Below, in pieces: positions 38,362 to 50,314 of a DNA stretch of 64,000 bases; the stretch's first letter is position 1, and each line of letters starts with the position of its first letter. The notes beneath the pieces were generated by a model. It did no database searches, was not told where the DNA came from, and was given only the letters and a program-made list of their open reading frames with translations. This stretch comes from Octopus vulgaris (Eukaryota). The stretch spans positions 4,588,001 through 4,652,000 of the forward strand of contig OX597820.1 in the NCBI GenBank assembly GCA_951406725.2, in the 5' to 3' direction. Both the position numbers and the translations under genes were made by a program.

Positions 38362-38757
38362 TTAATGTCCATTGTCCATGCTGGTATGGGTTGGATGGTT
38401 TGACCGGGACTGGTCAGCTGAGGGGCTGCACCAGACTCCAATCTGATTTGGCATGGTTTTCTATCGCTGGATGCCCTTTCTAATGCCAACCACTCCGAGA
38501 ACGTAATGGGTGCGTTCATGTATCACTGGTACGGGTGCCATTTGCGTGACTCCAGGGTACTTTTGTGTGTCATCAGCATGGGTGCCATTTGTGAGACACC
38601 AGGGTGCTTTTATGCGTCACTGGCATGGGTGTTATTTGTGTGACACCAGGGTGCTTTTATGTTTCACCGGCATGGGTCCCATTTGCATGAGACCAGGGTA
38701 CTTTTATGTGTCACTGGTGCCATTTGCATGAGCCAGGGTGTCACTGGCATGGGTGCA
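38322..38757 (-). mobile_element. Family C copy with ~40-bp tandem units
   Basis: (CAT)n tail and core motif, then about 6 units of GTCACTGGCATGGGTGCCATTTG..GACACCAGGGTGCTTTT. Confidence 0.8.
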
Positions 38758-39066
38758 AATAATATTTGATTATAAGGACATTTTAAACATGGAATGGAGA
38801 TGAGGGTCTGCTCAAGTGAAAGAGGACTCAAAAGCAAAAAGTGGTTGACAACCACTAGTGTAGGGGGTAATCTGAAATCTAAAAGGGAGATAACTCCTAT
38901 TAAATGAGTTGATCAAAATATTGTAGGCTGCAGAATATCAATAGATGATGTGTCATTTAAAAGCAACTGGTGAAAGGTAGTAGACATGTTCCAGTGTTAT
39001 GAGACTTCATCAGTGATGTAAATTCTAGTTGTTCCCCTATATGTTCTCCCTTCGCTCTATCTGCAG

Positions 39067-39079
39067 AGACCTTTGAAAG
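39067..39079 (+). CDS. Candidate 13-nt microexon (or phase-1 terminal xTFER*)
   Basis: Acceptor TTCTCCCTTCGCTCTATCTGCAG and donor AAG|GTAAAC. Confidence 0.2.
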
Positions 39080-39547
39080 GTAAACAACCTTTTTCATGTT
39101 TAACTTTGTACCAACAGATTGACATCATTGCGATAACAGCAGAGGTCGCTGATGTCGTTTGTCCTCCTATCTTCTCTGATAGCAGGTCAGAAGGTCAAGT
39201 GCCTCATCTTCTTTGCTGTTGTGTTACTGGCTTGGATGGAGCAGGGGGTGGGGCCAGCCTGGAATCGTTAATACCAATTGCTTCAGAACTTGGTGATGGT
39301 GGTGGTTGTGGTGGTAGTAGCTGTGGTGGTGGTAGTATATGTAGTGGTAATGATGGTGGTGGTGGTTTCAGTTTCAATCCCATTGTACAACACTTTAGGC
39401 AAAGATCTTCTACCAGGGCCTCAGGTTGACCGTTGGTCAGTGGAATTTGGGGGACACAGACTGTGTGATAGCTCTCTGTGTGTATGTGTGTGTATTTGTG
39501 TATGTGCATGTTTGTGTGTGTGTGTGTGTGTCTGTGTGTGTGTGTAT

Positions 39548-39878
<331 letters not shown>

Positions 39879-40040
39879 ATATATATATATTTTTTTTTTT
39901 TTTCATGTTTCTATGTCAGAACTATTCTTGTATAAGAATATTAAATTTGTACTCTACAAAAGTATATATATATATTTCTATGTATTGGCTTATGATTTTC
40001 ACTGTTTGATTTGCCTAATAGTGGTTTTATCTCTAATTTA

Positions 40041-40102
<62 letters not shown>

Positions 40103-40151
40103 TATGTATGTACATATATATACGTATGTATGTACATATATATATACATAT

Positions 40152-40570
40152 CATTATCATCATCGTTTAGTGTCCGTTTTCCATGCTAGCATGGGTTGGA
40201 CGGTTCAACTGGGGTCTGGGAGGAAAGAAGGCTGCACCAGACCCAGTCTGATCTGGCAATGTTTCTACGGCTGGATGCCCTTCCTAACGCCAACCACTCC
40301 GTGAGTGTAGTGGGTGCTTTTTACGTGCCACCGGCACAGGTGCCAGGCGAGGCTGATAACGGCCATGAACGGATGGTGCTTTTTACGTGACACCGGCACG
40401 AGGCCAGTCAGGGTGGCGCTGGCAATGGCCACGTTCGGATGGTTCTCTTACGTGCCACCGGCACTGGTATCACAGCTGCAATTTCCATTGATGTTGATCG
40501 ATTTCGATTCTCACTTGCCTCAACAGGTCTTCACAAGTAGAGTTTTGTGTCCCAAGAAGGAAAGGTATAC
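40152..40570 (-). mobile_element. Family C long copy
   Basis: Extends 5' to AAGACCTGTTGAGGCAAGTGA, which is shared with 49261. Confidence 0.85.
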
Positions 40571-40585
40571 ATATGTATATATATA

Positions 40586-41225
40586 TAAAAAGCACCGTCC
40601 GTTCGTGGCCGTTTGCCAGCTCTGTCTGGCCCCGTATCGGTGGCACGTAAAAGCACCATCCGTCCGTGTCCGTTGCCAGCCTCGGCTGGCCCCCGTGCCG
40701 GTGACACGTAAAAGCACCGTCCGCTCGTGGCCGTTTGCCAGCTCTGTCTGGCAACCGTGTCGGTGGCACGTAAAAGCACCATCCGTTCGCGTCCGTTGCC
40801 AGCCTCGGCTGGCCCCCCGTTCGTAGCCGGTTGCCAGCTCTGTCTGGCCCCGTGTCAGTGGCACGTAAAAGCACCATCCGTTTGTGTCCGTTGCCAGCAT
40901 CGCCTGGCCCTGTGCCGGTGACACGTAAAAGCACCATCCGTTCGTGTCCGTTGCCAGCATCGCCTGGCCCTGTGCCGGTGACACGTAAAAGCACCATCCG
41001 TTCGTGGCCGTTCGCCAGCTCTGTCTGGCACCTGTGCAGGTGGCACGTAAAAGACACCCACTACACTCGCGGAGTGGTTGGCGTTAGGAAGGGCATCCAG
41101 CCGTAGAAACACTGCCAGATCTGACTGGGCCTGACGAAGCCTTCCAGCTTCACAGACCCCAGTTGACCCGTCCAACCCATGCTAGCATGGAAAACGGACG
41201 CTAAACGATGATGATGATGATGATG

Positions 41226-41226
<1 letters not shown>
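40586..41226 (+). mobile_element. Family C copy with ~8 tandem 60-bp units
   Basis: Repeated GTGCCGGTG(G/A)CACGTAAAAGCACCATCCGTTCGTG and a (GAT)n tail. Confidence 0.85.
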
Positions 41227-41259
<33 letters not shown>

Positions 41260-41826
41260 ATATATATATGTATGTATATATATATATATGTATGTATATA
41301 TATATATATGTATATATAAATATATATATATATGTATATATATATATATGTATAAGTATATATGTATGTATATATATATATGTATAAGTATATATGTATG
41401 TATATATATATATGTATAAGTATATATGTATGTATATATATATATGTATAAGTATGTATGTATGTATATATATATATGTATAAGTATGTATGTATGTATA
41501 TATATATATGTATAAGTATGTATGTATGTATATATATATATATGTATAAGTATGTATGTATGTATATATATGTATAAGTATATATGTATGTATATATATG
41601 TATAAGTATATATGTATGTATATATATGTATAAGTATATATGTATGTATATATAGGTATAAGAATATATGTATGTATATATATATATATATGTATAAGTA
41701 TATATTTATGTATATATATATATATATATGTATAAGTATATATGTATGTATGTATGTATATATATATATATGTATGTATGTATGTATATATATATATATG
41801 TATGTATGTATGTATATATATGTATA

Positions 41827-41865
<39 letters not shown>

Positions 41866-42079
41866 ATATATATATGTATATATATGTGTGTATGTATATA
41901 TATATATATGTATATATATGCGTGTATGTATGTATATATATATGTGTGTGTATGTGTTTATGTATATGTGTGTGTATATATATATATGTATGTATGTATG
42001 TATGTATATATATATATGTATAATATGTATGTATGTATATATATGTGTGTGTGTATGTACATATATATATATATACATA

Positions 42080-42080
<1 letters not shown>
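41227..42080. repeat. ~850-bp compound (TA)n/(TATG)n microsatellite
   Basis: Direct inspection. It explains the IY/HT-rich ORFs. Confidence 0.95.
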
Positions 42081-42111
<31 letters not shown>

Positions 42112-42113
<2 letters not shown>

Positions 42114-42581
42114 TGAGGGAATATTATTCCAAACTCACAGGAAAAAATCAATTTAGAAATACTAAATTAAAGTCCACAAAATATAATATATATGTATATA
42201 TAAATTAGGAAAAAAACACCTTTATATCAATTCAGTATTGAAAAAGTTAAATTATACCATTTAAAAAAATTACATTGTGTGTAAATATTAAACCTATAGA
42301 TACTATATATATATTAATAATATAGTTAGTTTATATAATATGTGTGTATGTATATATATATATATATGTATATATATGTTCTAATATTTATAGCTTGTAC
42401 TATAATATATATGTAAAAAACTTTATGTATATTACTTAACATTAAGTTTTTTAATATAAATTACTTTACTGAGTATAAGATTTTATTTAGATGATTATTA
42501 AATAAATAAATTAATTAATAATTTAATTTAATGTATATAGATTATATTATAGCATTTAGTTTTCACTTAATGTATATTTTG

Positions 42582-42621
<40 letters not shown>

Positions 42622-43160
42622 ATTAGGGCTTAGTAAAATAAATTACTTTGCCACATACTTCCTTTTACATACTGAACACTTGGTGAAATTGATTAATTAA
42701 TTTTACCCTCAATTGTTGATATATATATATATATATATAAATATATATATATTTGCTTTAAATATTTTAATTAATTGTATCTTATTTTTTATTTTTTATT
42801 CTATTTTTTATTTAAACAAGAATATTTTAAAGATATTTCGTATTTTACAAGATTATATACATATATTTATTAATTTATCTAATTAATTATTTTATTGTTA
42901 TCTTTAACCTGAAGAGTGACTGTATTTATATTGAAATGATTTTACTATTATCATTTCTTAAATATAGCCACGAAACACGTGTAGTTATTCTACCAAATAT
43001 ATATGTTTTATTTATTATTATGCACATTACTTAATCATCAGTGTATGTTTTATCTTTTATTTAATCTTTCTATAAGATGTAATTTTTCTAAATGGTATAA
43101 TTTAATTTTTTCATTATTGAGTTGATAAAAGGTGGTTTCTTTCTAATTTATTTATATACA
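42112..43160. mobile_element. Extremely AT-rich Penelope-like element with inverted ~80-bp segments
   Basis: 42196-42275 is the reverse complement of 43077-43157. Contains a canonical hammerhead at 42905-42987. Confidence 0.65.
42905..42987 (+). ncRNA. Canonical type I hammerhead ribozyme with a long stem II
   Basis: Stem I TAAC/GTTA. Core CTGAAGA (42909-42915). Stem II GTGACTGTATTTA/TAAATATAGCCAC plus GAAATGAT/ATCATTTC. GAAAC (42972-42976), palindromic ACGT loop III and GTA triplet (cleavage after 42983). Confidence 0.85.
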
Positions 43161-43296
43161 TAAAAATATGTATATAATTATATGTACATACACATTCAGA
43201 CACACATTTATACACACACACTCTCTCTCTCACACACACACGTGCACAAACACACTCAGACACACATTTACACACACACACACACATACACACACA

Positions 43297-43329
<33 letters not shown>

Positions 43330-44887
43330 TTACACATATCACTCTGTGTCAATCACTATCTTTATGTTAGAGTGCATTCCGTCTAGGCTGGGTGGGTCTT
43401 CTCTATACGTATGTGTTAATGGGTGTGTAACTGTGTACATATACACACATATGTGTACACACACACACACATACCCATATGCATGTGTGTGTGTGTGTGT
43501 GTGTGCTTGAGATGATATAACAACTTTCACATAATCTTATCTTTTGTCTCCTACGCTGTTGCTATGACTCCTCGCCAGGTTCAATCTCCTCTCGTCTCCA
43601 GCTACCCTACATTGATAATGTAGGTGTATACAAGAAGATATATATTGATAAATGTCACCTGCGGGTACCCTATATTGATTATTGATGCTGTTATCAACCA
43701 CATCGTTTTAATGTTGTCTCTTCTAAATATCACCCTCCACCCCACTCCACTTTGGTCTGTTGTCATCTTTTCTGTGACCTTCACCTACCTGCGTCTCCGC
43801 CATTCCTCTCCCCCTTCTCACCCCCATTGTTCTCTGTCTTCCTCGTCCACAGATCCCTGGCCGTCGTCATGTGGCACTCTTTCACCCCCAAACATGTCCT
43901 TTGTCCACATGTCAACACCATCACGCGTCATCTCAACTGATACTCTGTGGGTCATCAGTGGAACTTCAATGTGGTTGCTAGAAATAGCAACAAAATTTCT
44001 CCTCTCATCACACCCTGCCAGTCTAAGACAGGGCATATTGGTTAATAATGTAGGCTTGACTTTCTTACACGTACAAAAATGTTGTGATAGTCATGGCTAG
44101 AATTCCTTAGATTGATCTGAGGCTGACAACAACAACAACACACATTAAAAAACTTCAAAGAAACTCTTTGCTGCCAACAGAGGTTAAGTCTCTCTCTCTC
44201 TCTCTTGCTCTCTCTCTTGCTCTCTCTCTAGCTCTCTCTCCTTCCCACTCTCTCTTTCTCTCTCTCTTAACTTCTTCCACCTGCCTCAGCAGTTCTTTGA
44301 CTTCATTTCACATGTACACCTGTACTCCCATTTTCATTTACCACACCTGAAGTCCTGATACTCCTTTCTGTCTGCTACTCCTACTGCCTCCCCTTTATAT
44401 TCATTACTCCCCATCAATTCCCTGTGGGCTCCCAACTTCTTACTTATCAACTAAAACATCCTCAGATGATACTCTCTGACCCTGTTAGTTTGGTCGTGTT
44501 GACCTTTAAGTGTTTGACCTTTACACCCTGTTACAATTGATGGTTTGACCTATGATTGTTGACCTTTGACTATGTGTCTAGCATGCAAATTTCCTACCAA
44601 AACTTCTCATTTATGGGTTCCACCCATCTCCATCTCTTGGATTAGTAGCTTCCCATCTAGTTGCATCATTGCAACAGGTCAGCACAGCTCTTTCTGTCCC
44701 ACTCTCAGTTCCCTAGGGTTCAGTTCTTCTAATCATGACCTAATCTTTTTGCCACCTCATCCCCAAAACAACACCCACTCTTATGCAAATGACAAAACCC
44801 TTCATTTTCCCCTAACACCCTTCCCAACCGTGTGTCATCCACACTCAGCGTATCCATCACATGACAAACCGTCTTGGAACCATAAGT

Positions 44888-45575
44888 AGTGATCTTCAGG
44901 CCATTGCCTTGTGGGGCAGTGCCAACCTTATCTTTTTTAACAGCAAAAGCATTCAAACCCTATACAAATGAAGAAACACAAGGGTGCCATACCTACTATA
45001 AACATGAGCTGGGACCCTCATGGTCATTCCAAATGCTGTGCCTTATCATTATTAAAGACCTTTCATGACAAAAGCACCTCCTTGATACAGCTAGGACCAC
45101 ATACCAAAAACTAGGGCTTTTCTTTAGGAGTAGAGGATATTTCATCCCCTAACAGTTAATACACTACAAGGCAGAAGTGAGGCTTGCAATGTAGGGGTCA
45201 GTAGTGCTGCTATTACACACACTGACATCCTGGAATGCATTCAGAGAAGGGCCATTCAACAGACAGGCGTTCAGTCATTAATAGACATTCCTCCCTTTGG
45301 CTCACAGGTGTTCTCTGTCCTCTCTTTCTGTCTTTTCTACCTCTACTGTAATGGTCTCTGTTTCTGAAAACTGGTTAATCTTGTACTCCCACCATCCAGG
45401 TGCCCTCTTGCCCACCTATCTCACCATCTTCTTTCACCCTTGCTGTGTCCAACCACTCCAGTGCTGCACTAACAACTGTGCACAATCCTTCCTCCCCATA
45501 ACATCATCCCTTTGGAATCTTCTCGTTGCTCATGTCTTTCTTGCTAAGCTTGATTTGCACAAGCTCTCCCATCTT
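44888..45575 (+). mobile_element. Degenerate CR1-like LINE ORF2 3' fragment
   Basis: Frameshifted translations DLQAIALWGSANLIFFN, ILECIQRRAI, LAHRCSLSSLS and SFLPITSSLWNLL match CR1-group ORF2 C-terminal motifs. Confidence 0.75.
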
Positions 45576-45696
45576 GGAGAAACTGCAATGGTCATGGACC
45601 CCTCTCCTTTCTCTAGATTCAGCAAGTAATACACACACTGGCATACACATATTTACATACACACTCACATATATATATATATATATATATATTTAT

Positions 45697-45887
45697 GTCG
45701 CCATGATAGATCGTTAGCCACGACACACATTTTTTTCTCTCCTTGTTCTTTCTGTGTCCCTTTCTGTAGAAGAGCATAGGCTCGAAACGTAAAAGACTTT
45801 TTCTATTCCTGAGCGTTATACTAATACTTCTGTTTGTTTTCTACACCACCTGTCTTTGTCTTTTGTTTTTTTTGTAAACTATCCCTA
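45697..45887 (+). mobile_element. Penelope-like repeat fragment with a variant hammerhead-like motif
   Basis: CTTT CTGTAGA A GAGC-ATAG-GCTC GAAAC GTA AAAG at 45760-45795. Flanked by (TA)n. Confidence 0.65.
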
Positions 45888-45899
45888 TATATATATGTA

Positions 45900-46151
45900 T
45901 GCTGGTGGCACGTAAAAAGCACCAATCCGATCGTGGCCGTTGCCAGCCTCGCCTGGCACCTGTGCTGGTGGCACGTAAAAAGCACCCACTACACTCACAG
46001 AGTGGTTGGCGTTAGGAAGGGCATCCAGCTGTAGAAACACTGCCAGATCAGACTGGAGCCTGGTGCAGCCTTCTGGCTTCCCAGACCCCAGTAGAACCGT
46101 CCAACCCATGCCACCATGGAGAACGGATGTTAAACGATGATGATGATGATG
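45900..46151 (+). mobile_element. Family C copy
   Basis: Two tandem units, core motif and (GAT)n tail. Confidence 0.85.
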
Positions 46152-46438
46152 ACATACGTGCACATTTAATTGACACTCTATTGGTTCCAGTTGATCCAAT
46201 CAACGGAACAGCCTGCTCATAAAATTAATGTCCAAGTGGGTGAGCACTCCACAGACACATGTACCCTTAACACAGATGAGGCAGGCCTTTTGAATTACTG
46301 GTACAATTCATAAAAAACAGGCTGGTCCTTCCAATTACAGGTACAATCCTATTTTTGCCCACTGACATACACATACATATACATGCATAAATACTTACTC
46401 ACACAGACACACACCTACATAATGGTGTATATATAAAT

Positions 46439-46638
46439 TCTTTTACTATTTTACTTGTTCCAGTCATTTGAGTGCGGCCATGCTGGAGCACTGCTTTTAG
46501 TCGAACAAATTGACCCCAGGACTTATTCTTCGTAAGCCTAGTACTTATTCTATCGGACTCTTTTGCCGAACCGCTAAGTTATGGAGACGTAGACACGCCA
46601 GCATCAGTTGTCAAGCGACGTTGAGGGGACAAACACAG

Positions 46639-46672
<34 letters not shown>

Positions 46673-46834
46673 GAGGGGCTTCTTTCAGTTTCCATCTACC
46701 AAATCAACTCACAAGACTTTGGTCGGGTCAAGGCTATAGTAGAAGACACTTGCCCAAGGTGTCACACAGTGGGACTGAACCCGGAACCATGTGGTTGGTA
46801 AGCAAGCTACTTACCACACAGCCACTCCTGCACC
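46439..46834 (-). mobile_element. Family A SINE, full length
   Basis: Same structure as the other family A copies. Confidence 0.85.
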
Positions 46835-46839
46835 TATAA

Positions 46840-46871
<32 letters not shown>

Positions 46872-47944
46872 ATACATATATATATTCCAGTGTTAGACTT
46901 AATACAACAGTCACCCCCTAAGTGTGGAGGGGTTTCTCTATGCCACTAAAAGTAGACATGGTGTTAGTATGCATGACTCTGCTCCTACTACTACTACTGC
47001 TGCCGCCGCTACCACTACTACTACTACTGCTACTACTACTGGCTGTTATCTTATCAACTGCACAGTTCCTTCTCCTTGTAGATGTCAAGTATATCTGTAC
47101 AGACACATATTCCCAGACAGGGTTGCTGTGATTGCTGTGTTGTTGTGATTAACAATTCACTCTTGTTCTCAGTCCATTGTAATAAGCCCGAGCTGCAGCA
47201 TTCAGAGTACCTGCTGACATCCTTTTCCTTCAATGGTCTGCTTCCTTCTCTTCGTTGAGTGTTGCCTTATCGAGATTTAGCAACACAACAACAACAACAA
47301 CTGCAGCCATAAGTGAAGGAGAGATCCTCTAAGTGGTTGATTGATCTGCTAGAAATAGCGACTAAATATCCTTTTTTTTTTTTACATTACCACTGGAAGA
47401 AAGTAAAAGATATAGTCTTAGGTGGTCATTGTTGGAATGGCTTTTGTCTGCTTGGTAAGGATTGACCTGGGGTTAAATAACAATATATATATATATACAC
47501 CATTTCACTTGTGTGTATATATATATGTGTGTGAGTATATACATGTGTGTGTGTGTGTTTATTGAATAAACATGACCCTTGCTGATTGAGCAAATATATA
47601 ACTTTATGACTGAATTGAACCTCTACCCTCACTCACTGGATCTCACTGCTGAGACAACACATTCTCACTGTCCATGTTGGTTGACCATGTGCCACATGGT
47701 CAAGACAAATGAGGAGGTACCTCATGGAAATGGGGACTGACTCATACTGTGCTCAACGAATCAACTAGGAATGATCTGAGGATCTACCAACAAATCACTC
47801 TTGACCCTACACCTGACCTGACCTGACCTGACCTCACTCCAGTCTTGTTGCAAATATACAATCTCAATTTACATATGAAAGTGCCTGTATTTGTGTGTGT
47901 GTGTGTGTGTGTACATGCATACATGTATGTATGTAAGTGTTTGT

Positions 47945-48385
47945 ATCATCATCATCGTCATCATTTAACGTCCGCTTTCCATGCTGGCATGGGTTGGACG
48001 GTTTGACTGAGGACTGGTGTACCAGAAGGCTGCACCAGGCTCCAGTCTGATCTGGCAATGTTTCTACAGCTGGATGCCCTTCCTAATGCCAACCACTCCG
48101 AGAGTGTAGTGGGTGCTCTTTACATCCCACCGGTATGAGTGCCAGTCAGGTGGTTCTGACAATGAGCACACTCAAAAGGTGTTTTTTTTTATGTGCCACC
48201 TGCATGGGAGCCAGTCTGGTGGCACTGGCAACAATCATGCTTCAATGTTGCTATTCATGTGCCACCAGCACATGTGATGGCAAGGCGAAGCTGGCACCGA
48301 TCATGCTCGACTGGTGCTTTTCATGTGTCACCGGCATAGGAACCAATCCCTGGCCCTGGCAACAATCACACTTGGATGTGCTTTT
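47945..48385 (-). mobile_element. Family C copy with diverged tandem units
   Basis: Tail, core motif and about 5 units. Confidence 0.8.
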
Positions 48386-49260
48386 AATATTCCATGTATG
48401 TGTGTATGTAGATATGTGACTACTCACATTTATGTGCCCTTGCTTATATATGAGCAGATGTGGATCTTATTAATTAGGAAACTTTCTTAATGTTTTACAT
48501 ATTCTGACAGTGCCTTTGATAGCTTGTAACGATAACCTTGATTAGGTATGTTCTTTCTGGTTTTGAAAATCTCAGTTTCCCAAGATTGGTACCATGGCCA
48601 TTATTTCTGTCTCCAAATACCCCAGTAATTACTGGTAGAAATTTAAATTTATAGTATGGTTGGTGTAACTTCAAATTTCTTACCTGTGTGTAATTGCATC
48701 TTTTCTGACAGCAGTTATACTTCTAATGCTGATGACTTCAAATAAGGATGAAATCGCATTATACATAGGATTTATCTAGAAGTGATTATCTCCCTTATGC
48801 TAACAACAACCACCAAGGCTCCACGTGTCCAACTATGGATTTAAATTATTGTCTAATTATGAACTTCACAACACCCACAGTAAAAATAGGGAAAACATTG
48901 CTTACCTCTATCAAATATTTCTTCTTTGAGAAACTGTTGTAGTGACCTTACCTTCTATTCATTTAATGGGAAGTGTCTATCCACCACCCTCTTGCAGACA
49001 CTATCAATGCCCAAAGCTACAATAGGCTTACAGAGAATCCTTTGAAAATTAATATTCTGTGCATATTCATACTGAAAGACAATAGGATGCAGCCTCATCC
49101 AAACCCATCCAGACGTGAACATTATCATTGACTTAAAGATTGATTGGTCTCTCATTGATCATACATTCTCTTACACATATGCATGGTATGAAAAAATGTA
49201 ACCTACCGAAAAGGGGAAAAAAGGCTTCATACTCTATTACAGAATTTTACCATTCTAAAT

Positions 49261-49630
49261 AAGACCTGTTGAGGCAAGTGAGAATCAGAATCGAAATTGA
49301 TCAATGGAAATTGCAGCTGAGTTACCAGTACCGGTGGCACGTAAGAGAACCATCCGAACATGGCCGTTGCCAGCGCCGCCCCAACTGGCCTCGTGCCGGT
49401 GACACATAAAAAGCACCATCTGATCGTGGCCGTTTGCCAGACTCGTCTGGCACGTAAAAAGCACCCACTACACTCATGGAGTGGTTGGCGTTAGGAAGGG
49501 CATCCAGCCGTAGAAACATTGCCAGATCAAACTGGGCCTGGTGCAGCCTTCTGGCTTCCCAGACCCCGGTCGAACCGTCCAACCCATGCTAGCATGGAAA
49601 GCGGACGCTAAATGATGATGATGATGATGA
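49261..49630 (+). mobile_element. Family C copy
   Basis: Similar to the reverse complement of 40152-40532. Confidence 0.85.
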
Positions 49631-49847
49631 AATAAGAAGTCTGAATCTGTAAATTCTTGCAGACATCCCAGCGAGTTTTTTCTGTACAATTTTAGATTAC
49701 CGTCCGGCTAGTAACATTTCTGCTTTCTGTGCTACACAAAATGAAAGAAAATTTTATCTTGAAGGAATTTTGAATGTTTGAGTGTTTCGTATGAGTAATC
49801 TCCCTTGTAACATTTCATGTGTTTGTTGTTATTTTGTTTTTCCACAG

Positions 49848-49882
49848 GTAAAAATAACGAACCTTTTGATGTGCACCGATAA
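49848..49882 (+). CDS. Candidate terminal exon (phase 1: GKNNEPFDVHR*) or AG|GT recursive site
   Basis: Strong acceptor TTGTTATTTTGTTTTTCCACAG, with AATAAA at ~50050. Confidence 0.25.
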
Positions 49883-50174
49883 TTTGTTGAAATATGTAAA
49901 CATTTTAAAACTATTATTGTATGGAATCTTTGTAACTCTAAGCGCACACTTCCATTTGTAATGAAATTTTACCACTGGTTGATTATAATCTGAATTTCTA
50001 ACCAGTTCTGTCTAACATTGCTTAAATCCTTTCATTATTTATGGGTATAAATAAATCTGTGGGTTTTATTTCAATATTTTGTCTGAAGATTGACAACTTA
50101 TGAAGAATATACAACTCCACTGTTTCTACTGTGAAGTTTTTACCTCTAACTTGTAAACATAAACTCATAACTTC

Positions 50175-50205
<31 letters not shown>

Positions 50206-50314
50206 ATATATTTATCTTATATATTTATTTTTTCTCTCTTTGCAGGTAAATACTTCTCTTTTTCTTGCTTCACTCCAGCTAAGTGTCATATTTTATTAAT
50301 TACCAAAAGATTTG

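Noticed and set aside
40586-41060. CRISPR-like repeat periodicity
   Set aside because: The intervening sequences are homologous to each other, there are no cas genes, and the array is internal to a eukaryotic retroelement.
41182-42208. Long ORFs of 198-316 aa (also 52398-53272 and 56294-57409)
   Set aside because: They are stop-free only because they translate (TA)n/(CA)n/(TATG)n microsatellites.
48955-49155. 66-aa minus-strand ORF with nearby donor-like GTAAG sites
   Set aside because: No recognisable homology, and a stop precedes the donors.
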